Source: a virus. Taken from it: DNA of 64,000 bases. The position numbers and the translations under genes were made by a program. Of this stretch, positions 56,839 to 64,000 are shown piece by piece. Numbering within the stretch: the first letter of the stretch is position 1; every line of letters begins with the position of its first letter. The notes under the pieces were generated by a model, which searched no databases, was not told where the DNA came from, and worked only from the letters and a program-made list of their open reading frames with translations. The DNA lies in the IMG/VR virus record IMGVR_UViG_3300005673_000003, positions 84,729 through 148,728 of that record; one strand, 5' to 3'.

Positions 56839-57617
56839 CTCCGAATCGATAGGGTGATATTGGCAACCGATGAAGCGAGATATAAAGACCTATCGACTGC
56901 AAAGTACTGATCTGCTGTCTCCTCTGCTCCATAGGGAAGTACATCATAGGAGTCGGTTCCAATCCCAGCAACTCCACCAGCCACCTTGCCGCTAATCCAG
57001 GAGTAACGAATATCGGCCATTACGTCGCTCCGGGCTGCATCACCCCTGCATTTAAAAGTAAGCCGTTTGGTGCCAGCAGGAATAGTGTAAACGTATTCGG
57101 TATTTGCCAGGGTTAGCACTTGATTGACGATGGCCGAGCTTGATGGGATAGCTTTAATTAGCTCGGTTTGCAGGGATGCGATCGCAGTGCTGAGCGTGTC
57201 TAAGCGAGTTGCCAGATCAGAGAACTTGGTAGTGCTAATCGTCGATAGCAGCGCATTGACCGAGGTTGCTCCAGTCAATGCATTGCGAATATCTGTAACC
57301 TCTGCCTTGACTGGCAGCGATAGCAAGAGATTAGCTAGCTGGGTTTTAACATCCCCAAGCTCATTATCTTTAATATCCCCAAGCTGGGTATTGAGGGTGC
57401 CCAGAGCAGTATTTCCAGCGATGATTGCCGCTAGTATATCTGGCAGCCCATCAACATCCTGGCTGATAGCAGTCAGTAGAGCTGCTTGAGCATCACTTAA
57501 GGAGACATTCCATCCACCCTGAATCAGTAAGGGAGCGATCGCTTGCACCCACAGATTAAGATCCGGGTGCTTGACTTCCAACTGCCCTGTAATTGGGTTA
57601 GCGCGGGTTTCGGCCAT
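56829..57617 (-). CDS. putative virion protein (coiled coil plus C-terminal beta domain)
   Basis: in tail operon. Confidence 0.5.
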   Translation of the reverse strand: MAETRANPITGQLEVKHPDLNLWVQAIAPLLIQGGWNVSLSDAQAALLTAISQDVDGLPDILAAIIAGNTALGTLNTQLGDIKDNELGDVKTQLANLLLSLPVKAEVTDIRNALTGATSVNALLSTISTTKFSDLATRLDTLSTAIASLQTELIKAIPSSSAIVNQVLTLANTEYVYTIPAGTKRLTFKCRGDAARSDVMADIRYSWISGKVAGGVAGIGTDSYDVLPYGAEETADQYFAVDRSLYLASSVANITLSIRRWS

Positions 57618-57659
57618 TATTATCCCTCTAGATTTTTACATTTTTAGATTTCTGAATTT

Positions 57660-59939
57660 CTAGATTCTGAAGGTATCAAAGGCGCATCCTTGCGTGGAAT
57701 CAAACTCGACGCTATCCCCTCCATCCCCGGTGAAGGTAGCAATAACCAATCGCTCTTCCTGCCCCTTCCTGACCAGGAAAGCGATAATCGATTGATAAAT
57801 GACCTGACGGTTAAGAATTGGGTTACGAAAGCCTACCGTAACCCCGTTTGATTTGAGCACCGCATGAAGTGATTTGCCGCTGCCGATGCCAGGATTTGCG
57901 ACTAGGGATAGAGTCATGCCGGGAGTTGGCATTGCTAATCCTGCACCGGATAAAGCAGCTCCGGGCCTGGTGCAACTTGGCCCAGGGTTCGGCTCATTGT
58001 AATACCGGATTGCGGCATCCATCCGATAACAGGGAATGCCGTTTTCCACTAACGGCAGATGCATCGAGATTGGCGAGTATCTGATAGAGCTGTCAGCTTG
58101 GAATACGCTATTCCCCCCTCCTTGAGTTGTCATCCAGAAGTAAGGCTTGGAGATGACGATCGCGCCATCCAAAAAGTTCGGCTCTACAGCGCTGGTGCCC
58201 TGGTAGGGGCAGTATCGGAATTGAGCTTGCCAGCTCTCTGTACTGCGAGGAGGGTAGTAAACCAGAGCGTTAACCATAGTGTTCGGAGTTAACCCTGTTT
58301 TCACCGGGGCATCAATTCTACCCGTCGCTCCTTCGATAAAAGCAAAGCAGCCAAGTTCAGCAGAGGGGATTAGCGCGGTTCCATTGGAATCAACGGGTAC
58401 TTGCACCTTCTTGTAGATGTAGTGCAATGCTGCCCTCTCCTTACCGAAGACAGCGATATAGGATTCATTATTAGCCGGAGCTTCGTAGGCTTGCAGATCT
58501 CCACAGTGACCAGAACGGATATTCGCTGCAGAAATTGGAGTTCCGTTGCGCCAGGTTCGCTCGACCTCCTCAAATGGAATATCAAAACCAGAGCCGGAAG
58601 GATACTGAATTCCAGGGACAAAATAAACTATATTCCCCGGTTGGATCGTGGAGTTTTGGCTGGCAACCCATACCAGAGCACCCGATTGCCCCAGATTGAT
58701 AAATTGCCCCAGCTCTGATTGTTCCGTTCCGTCCGCTTTGAAGATGCGATGATCAGATGGCTTTTCGCTAAATACCGTTCCTGGGGGCGAATTAGTATTG
58801 AGCTGAGCGGTTACTACAGCCGCTCCATTTCCATCGGGAGTTGCAGTGGTAATCTGTACGCCCAGGCGTTGCAGTAAAGCCTGATTGCTAAACGAAACCC
58901 GATTATCGTTAGCAAGGCAAACGCTGCCATTCGGGGATGCCGCTGACTCTCCCGCTCGACCGGGATTGCCTCCCACCAATCCAGCAGTCAGGTTTTGTAC
59001 CGTCCTGGAGTAGCAAGAAAGCGGCCCAGGTTTGCCGGAAAAAATCTCGATCAATCTATCGGCAATCCGGCTGTCTATATCTCGCACCTTGGGCAAAGCG
59101 GCTGGCATGATGACGTACTTCGCATCAAATTGCTCCTCACCCTGATTGCCAAAGGTGTAACCCCTATCAAGGTAGTTTTGCTGGCGGACTATCCGGCAAA
59201 CCTCAGTTACCTCTACAAAGTCTTGCAGGATTGGGTAGGTCGCTCCCTGCGTCAGACTGGGATCTAAGGCAAAGATGCGTTGTGTTCCATTCACAAACCC
59301 ATCAGCGGTTTTATTGCTTACCGTCAGCACCCTATCCCCAGTCAAGCGCGGCTCTTGGTTAGCGGGAATTACTTCTTGAGTAAGCGATTGATAAAAGCTT
59401 TCAGCAGTCAGTGCAGTAGGGGAAAGCACCAGCGCCCAGTAGATACGATCGCGCTTCGCATTCTCCTTTGTTGTAGGAGTCAGGGTATTTGTATTCCGGT
59501 CGAGATACTGGAAGCTAACCTGGCCCAGCACCGCGTCTTGATCTCCTCCCGTAATCGCCCCAAATAGCACCAGATAAAGCCGCTCCTCCCGTTTGACAAT
59601 ATCGCTTAAGTTTGGGATTGCTGGGATATTGATTGTGTTAGCTAAACTGAGTAGAACCGAGGGGTAAAGCTTGCTCAGATAATCACCGTTAACGGTGACG
59701 CTTCGAGTGCCTACTGTGATCTGCACTTTTGCCCATTCTGATGCCCTGGACTGAAAGGCTAGATAGGCTGAGATCCAACCCTGAAGCGCATCTTCGGGGG
59801 CGAGGCGAACTCTTGGATCTGACGGTCTTGCTGGCTCGATTGAGTGTACTGCAATATCGTTCGGCTGGCGGGAGAAAGGGCTAGTCATGGCGACTCGTAA
59901 GGCATTGTATTTCAAGCCAATGTTATCACGCTGGTTCAA
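57660..59939 (-). CDS. putative baseplate/tail structural protein
   Basis: 759 aa; follows the tail-I-like gene. Confidence 0.5.
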   Translation of the reverse strand: MNQRDNIGLKYNALRVAMTSPFSRQPNDIAVHSIEPARPSDPRVRLAPEDALQGWISAYLAFQSRASEWAKVQITVGTRSVTVNGDYLSKLYPSVLLSLANTINIPAIPNLSDIVKREERLYLVLFGAITGGDQDAVLGQVSFQYLDRNTNTLTPTTKENAKRDRIYWALVLSPTALTAESFYQSLTQEVIPANQEPRLTGDRVLTVSNKTADGFVNGTQRIFALDPSLTQGATYPILQDFVEVTEVCRIVRQQNYLDRGYTFGNQGEEQFDAKYVIMPAALPKVRDIDSRIADRLIEIFSGKPGPLSCYSRTVQNLTAGLVGGNPGRAGESAASPNGSVCLANDNRVSFSNQALLQRLGVQITTATPDGNGAAVVTAQLNTNSPPGTVFSEKPSDHRIFKADGTEQSELGQFINLGQSGALVWVASQNSTIQPGNIVYFVPGIQYPSGSGFDIPFEEVERTWRNGTPISAANIRSGHCGDLQAYEAPANNESYIAVFGKERAALHYIYKKVQVPVDSNGTALIPSAELGCFAFIEGATGRIDAPVKTGLTPNTMVNALVYYPPRSTESWQAQFRYCPYQGTSAVEPNFLDGAIVISKPYFWMTTQGGGNSVFQADSSIRYSPISMHLPLVENGIPCYRMDAAIRYYNEPNPGPSCTRPGAALSGAGLAMPTPGMTLSLVANPGIGSGKSLHAVLKSNGVTVGFRNPILNRQVIYQSIIAFLVRKGQEERLVIATFTGDGGDSVEFDSTQGCAFDTFRI

Positions 59940-61963
59940 GCCTCGACCAAAACCCAGTTTTGCTGCATCCCTAGTTGATTCGATTCTTGATTGAAAGCAA
60001 TAGGAATAATGACTTTAATCCCTACGTGGCAAGACTTTGACAAAAGAGCCGGATCTTCCAAAGTATGCATGACTTTGCTCTGCCCCTTAAGAATTATTGC
60101 GGCTGATTTTAGCTTGGTGTCGCTTGTAGAATTCACCAAGAATTCTAAATAGAGACTTTTGGTATCAGAAGTGATTTGCTGGGAGCGCTGATCCGGTTTA
60201 CCTGCCCCTACCACATTTGACCAAAATATGGTGCTGGGACGGAGCATATATAACCCTTCTCCGGCTTCTAGCATTAGATGCCAATTGGCAGCATTGCCAA
60301 GGGTTTTCAGAAACGGGTAGCTCTCTGATAGGTTGCGGGATGGATCCGGAGTGATTGGCGTGCGGATAATTTCCCGCTCGATAATTCGCAGACTGTACCT
60401 ATCCACATAGTTGCAGTACTGAGCAATATCAATGATTGGCACTTCCTCAATCTGGCCCGGAATAGCATCGCGCCCAGGCGAGTAGTAAACTCCGCTTTCA
60501 CCCCAAGCTGAATCAAAGTGGTGAACGGTCAGCGGCTCTACAAATTCAAAGGATACCGGCTGCTCCAAAACGATAGGCGGAATATCAGCTATCGAGATTA
60601 ATGGAGGCTGAGCGCTCATCGTTGTATCCCGTCGAGCTTCCCTGGTATCCAGGCTCAATCCATCCAAACCAATTGCAGAGGGTAGCTCGATAGCCGATAT
60701 TTCAGCTATCGATATGACGGGGGCTTCTATAACCGGATCTCCCCTCAGATTAATAGCAGGAATACCCAAATTATCGATTGATAAATCGATAGCTGGGATT
60801 CTATCCATCTCCTGATTAGGAGAGATCGCTGGGAAGCTGCCAACCTCCTGTTCTTCTACTCCTACCTGTACCTCCCCTGAAAAGCCTGGGGTGCAGCCGA
60901 TAGTTTCTATTACCTCTGTTTCTATTGGCAGGGTATAGCTCCGGTAAGGCACCGCATAGAGAGAGTTGTAGGGGCAGGGGAAATCAGGAGAAGTCCAGGT
61001 ATCACCAAAGGAGTGACCGGGAAGAATTTCTAGCTCCTCTGTGATTAGCTCTGTTTCGGTATGGGTGTACGTTTCCCCAGCGTTGTAGTGCCAAATATCC
61101 CCATACTTGAATCCGTCATAGTGCAGCCTCTCCTCAATAATGAATCCATCCTGCTCATCCAAGTAGAGATTCACTGGGGCCAGGAGTTTGTAGGATAGCC
61201 AGCCAAATATCTCCGGTTCTGCGAAGGTATTGAGTGCTTCGTAATTTAGCTTGATGATATTGGGGAAAATATTATTCCAGTCTTTCTCTAGTGGGTAGCA
61301 GTTGATCCAAGGCCGCTGCCCTCCCAAGCCTGAGCCATTGCAATAGGTTTCGGGAGCAGGGATTGCTTGCAGGGTGCGATCGCTCCATTGATCGATTCCG
61401 TACTGCTGAATCGAATAACCTTCAAGCGTGAACCAATCTGGGGTGTAGGAATGCGGGTAATCGCCAGCTCCAAAAAATTGACGTTCGGGCCAGGACTGAT
61501 TTAAGTGGGCATCATATTGGGTGTAATAATCCCACCAGTTTGGAGGGGTAGCAGTGGGAATCTTGCCAAAGGGTAAATGGATTGTTAGACGCTCGGAATG
61601 AGCATCTTCCCATTGCAGCCAGAGCGCATAAGCTTCTCTTAGCCCCCATTCTGCACCCTTCCGGGCATAGTAAGCCGCCGCTCGATTGATGACCTCGCGC
61701 TTATGATCATCCGGCCAGTCTGGATTGATGCCAATGCCAATCCAATCAGTTCCTACATTCGCTAGTCCTGCAAACTGAGCAACCCAATGAATCCATTCAG
61801 ATGGGCAGGTATTAGCTGCAAAGTACGGCTCTCTTAGATCTAGAACTTGCAGTACTTCATCAAATTGAGGCTGCAATGCATCTGCGAAATGCTCCAGTAT
61901 CCCAGCATCGTCTAACAGTTTGGCGTACAGAGGGAGATAATCAAAAATCTTTGAGGAAACCAT
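59936..61963 (-). CDS. baseplate wedge/phage tail protein I-like
   Basis: YLP..., CPSEWIHWVAQFAG, W...KREVI...YARKG. Confidence 0.7.
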   Translation of the reverse strand: MVSSKIFDYLPLYAKLLDDAGILEHFADALQPQFDEVLQVLDLREPYFAANTCPSEWIHWVAQFAGLANVGTDWIGIGINPDWPDDHKREVINRAAAYYARKGAEWGLREAYALWLQWEDAHSERLTIHLPFGKIPTATPPNWWDYYTQYDAHLNQSWPERQFFGAGDYPHSYTPDWFTLEGYSIQQYGIDQWSDRTLQAIPAPETYCNGSGLGGQRPWINCYPLEKDWNNIFPNIIKLNYEALNTFAEPEIFGWLSYKLLAPVNLYLDEQDGFIIEERLHYDGFKYGDIWHYNAGETYTHTETELITEELEILPGHSFGDTWTSPDFPCPYNSLYAVPYRSYTLPIETEVIETIGCTPGFSGEVQVGVEEQEVGSFPAISPNQEMDRIPAIDLSIDNLGIPAINLRGDPVIEAPVISIAEISAIELPSAIGLDGLSLDTREARRDTTMSAQPPLISIADIPPIVLEQPVSFEFVEPLTVHHFDSAWGESGVYYSPGRDAIPGQIEEVPIIDIAQYCNYVDRYSLRIIEREIIRTPITPDPSRNLSESYPFLKTLGNAANWHLMLEAGEGLYMLRPSTIFWSNVVGAGKPDQRSQQITSDTKSLYLEFLVNSTSDTKLKSAAIILKGQSKVMHTLEDPALLSKSCHVGIKVIIPIAFNQESNQLGMQQNWVLVEA

Positions 61964-61977
61964 CGGCAGGAACCATC

Positions 61978-62003
61978 TTGACGATAAATATTGACGATAA
62001 ATA
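61978..62003. repeat. 13-bp tandem repeat
   Basis: TTGACGATAAATA x2. Confidence 0.85.
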
Positions 62004-62315
62004 AAAGCAGAGGGCTAACCGTTCGCTAAAACTTGGACAAAGTTACCCGAGTGGACTTGAACGGTTTAAGTCCTAAGCAATCCTCTCAAGTGCTATTAGC
62101 TTCCGCAAAGCGGTTGACCAAAGAGCGGCAGTTAGCCATAGCATAGAAAGAAATGGCATCAAAAGTAAAAGCCGTTCCTCATTGGCAGAAGCGGCTTAGG
62201 GAAATGATGGAAGATTTATCTAACAATGGGTAGGTTTGTGCAAGATTTTAATTAACTATTCACCACCCTCTGCCTACTACAGGTGACTACTCTCTTATGG
62301 ACAGATGAAAACGGG

Positions 62316-62864
62316 TTACTCGACTGGCAAAGCTTCAGGAGATGGTTCTGCCGGAGCTTCAGGGGTAACAGCTTCTACCAGGCTATCAGCAGGAACTTCA
62401 GGGGATAGCTCGATGGGAGGCTCAATGGGCACTACAGGCTCTTCATCGCTGGAGGATTGATTGAATAATCCCAGCAATTCTTGAGCAAGCTGCTCGGATT
62501 GCTGATTACTTTCCAGGTATGCGGTCAATCCATCTTGGGCAGCTTTGGCTTCTTGCTCCGAAACTTGAGCTTTGGCTTGAGCATCCTTAAGTGCAACTTG
62601 AGCATCCTGCAAGCGCTGCTCATAGGTAGCGATTACCATCTCATCTTCTACTTTGTCTTGTTGGATAACTCGACCAAGTTCATTTTGCAGGCTTGCAATT
62701 TGCTCGGATAGGTTAGCGATAGCCTGATCCTTCTCTGCAATCTGCGCGGATAATTGCAGCACTCGGTTAACTAAAGATTTATTTTCGGATTTCAAGTTCC
62801 GATCATGATCTAGGATTGCAATAGCTTTATTTTTGACAAGGGAAAGTAATTCGACTAATGACAT
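62316..62864 (-). CDS. coiled-coil hypothetical protein
   Basis: heptad repeats and Pro/Glu tail. Confidence 0.55.
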   Translation of the reverse strand: MSLVELLSLVKNKAIAILDHDRNLKSENKSLVNRVLQLSAQIAEKDQAIANLSEQIASLQNELGRVIQQDKVEDEMVIATYEQRLQDAQVALKDAQAKAQVSEQEAKAAQDGLTAYLESNQQSEQLAQELLGLFNQSSSDEEPVVPIEPPIELSPEVPADSLVEAVTPEAPAEPSPEALPVE

Positions 62865-62915
62865 AGGAGGAGATGGATTGTTTGGGATAGTTCAATAATA
62901 CCCATCAACTCGTCT

Positions 62916-63137
62916 ATGTGCTCTCATCAATCCGAAGATTTTTTAGTACTCGAAGGAGAGCCAGAAGCGGCCAGCCTTCGAGTATGCCTTTGCCAGCATT
63001 GCAGCACCCTGAGAGCAACTACCGCGCTTACTCTCAATCAGGGAATCTCTTTTACTCTGGGCGAAAGAAGGGATCCAGAATCAGGGAGCCGCATCGTCAC
63101 AATGGAAGATATTAGGCTAATCTTAAACAGTCAGTAA
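62916..63137 (+). CDS. small hypothetical protein
   Basis: CxxC; ends at a motif copy upstream of the gp25-like gene. Confidence 0.35.
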   Translation: MCSHQSEDFLVLEGEPEAASLRVCLCQHCSTLRATTALTLNQGISFTLGERRDPESGSRIVTMEDIRLILNSQ

Positions 63138-63154
63138 TCAATCAATTATCTACT

Positions 63155-63655
63155 ATGGCAGCGCTGGGGAATTTCATTGGGCAATCTTGGAGTCTATGGC
63201 CTCCAGGAACGGTTAGGGATGGCATGAATATTGTAGGAGGCTCCAAGAAGATTGCCAGCGATATTCTATCCGTCCTTCTGCTGAGAGGTGGGGAAGATTT
63301 AATCCATTGGAATTTGGGCTGGGCACCCGATTTATTTGATCCAATGAGTCTCCCCGATACAGAATACTGGGTCTACAACATTCAGCAGGAAATCTGGAAA
63401 TGGGTTCCCGGTCTTGCCTCTCCTCCGATCGTGGCAATCAGAGGAGAGTACGGAAGCAGTAGGATCCCATTCCCAGATCCAGAAAACGGCTTAGCCGCTA
63501 ACGTTACCTTCATCCCGGCATCAACCCCAGATGCGAATGTCCTTACATTTGAGTGGTACGCTTACACCGGAGCTGTATGGAATCAGGATATGACTACATT
63601 CAGGCAGGGACTCACATTGAACGGGCTTCCGTTTGATGGATTAGCCTTCACTTGA
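63155..63655 (+). CDS. baseplate gp25/GPW-like protein
   Basis: IASDILSVLLLRGGE...G...LFDP...IWKWVP. Confidence 0.6.
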   Translation: MAALGNFIGQSWSLWPPGTVRDGMNIVGGSKKIASDILSVLLLRGGEDLIHWNLGWAPDLFDPMSLPDTEYWVYNIQQEIWKWVPGLASPPIVAIRGEYGSSRIPFPDPENGLAANVTFIPASTPDANVLTFEWYAYTGAVWNQDMTTFRQGLTLNGLPFDGLAFT

Positions 63656-63852
63656 GCCATACTTGATTTACCTTGCTTGAAGATTCTGGAGCCACCTCCA
63701 ACCCGTCTTCCAGGGAACCCATCTCTACCTGCCAGCTCTGTTGGACTATCGGCAATATCCTGGGCAGCTAGCAGGTAGAGAATCAGGGTTAGTAGGAGTA
63801 GAGTGGTTCTAAGGGCAGGACTCCCGCGAGTGAATAGCTTAATAGCAATCAT
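63583..63852 (-). CDS. small secreted/membrane peptide with PGRRVGGGSR motif
   Basis: GGAGG RBS, hydrophobic N-terminal segment, motif like the cyanobacterial DUF928 N-terminus. Confidence 0.5.
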   Translation of the reverse strand: MIAIKLFTRGSPALRTTLLLLTLILYLLAAQDIADSPTELAGRDGFPGRRVGGGSRIFKQGKSSMAQVKANPSNGSPFNVSPCLNVVIS

Positions 63853-64000
63853 ATTTCCCTCCAGGCGAATGATTGACTTGGATAGAGATCCAATAAATAA
63901 GGACTCTTAAATAATTTTAATATTTTTTAAGAATCGTATAACGGGAGCATTTCTAGGTTTCAGGGTTCTTATAGAAGCATTGGATTAAGCAGCAATACTG

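Larger units (their letters stand above)
871..63147. repeat. dispersed 12-mer AATCAATCRATT, about 35 copies
   Basis: by-eye hits include 871, 3341, 5770, 34980, 63136 (+) and 6675, 13707, 15896, 20414, 21346, 25347, 28472, 31396, 32608, 37029, 45537, 48178, 49187, 55941 (-). Confidence 0.9.

Noticed and set aside
871-63147. 12-mer repeats as a CRISPR array
   Set aside because: Too short, dispersed, no regular spacers and no cas genes
23273-63655. extracellular contractile injection system rather than phage
   Set aside because: Portal, protease, capsid and replication genes indicate a phage
63715-63760. PatS/PatX heterocyst inhibitor
   Set aside because: No RG(S/T)GR pentapeptide in the small ORF

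Overview
This window looks like part of a large tailed phage, prophage or phage-plasmid. Its contractile tail is suggested by baseplate J, gp25 and a Gp5/VgrG-like spike, and a cyanobacterial host is suggested by frequent HIP1 (GCGATCGC) sites. From left to right it holds: (1) a replication module on + (HTH regulator, two paralogous winged-helix initiator-like ORFs, DnaB, DUF488, Gp37/Gp68); (2) a head/neck module on - (portal, protease/scaffold, major capsid, connector and virion proteins) with two HD-GYP genes inserted; (3) DnaG and early genes; (4) tail, baseplate and fibre genes; (5) a DNA-modification island (SNF2 helicase, two MTases, queE-queD-folE-queC, two DpdA/TGT-like paralogues, ParB-like, DUF6884); (6) a GH19+C39 lysin and more tail genes. 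No terminase, sheath, tape measure, integrase, tRNA or CRISPR array was seen. Five observations stand out. (a) The 7-deazaguanine island carries six copies of a ~45-60 aa DpdA N-terminal module, free-standing or fused; two are frameshifted by potentially reversible lesions (a G7 tract and a 19-bp tandem duplication). (b) An IscB/omegaRNA element sits exactly between the queE RBS and its GTG start, and an intein interrupts folE. (c) About 35 copies of the 12-mer AATCAATCRATT are mostly co-oriented with transcription. (d) A conserved extended TTGACA promoter precedes non-structural genes. (e) A 21-bp inverted repeat has the layout of an invertible promoter. All family calls come from motif recognition by eye; no database search was run.
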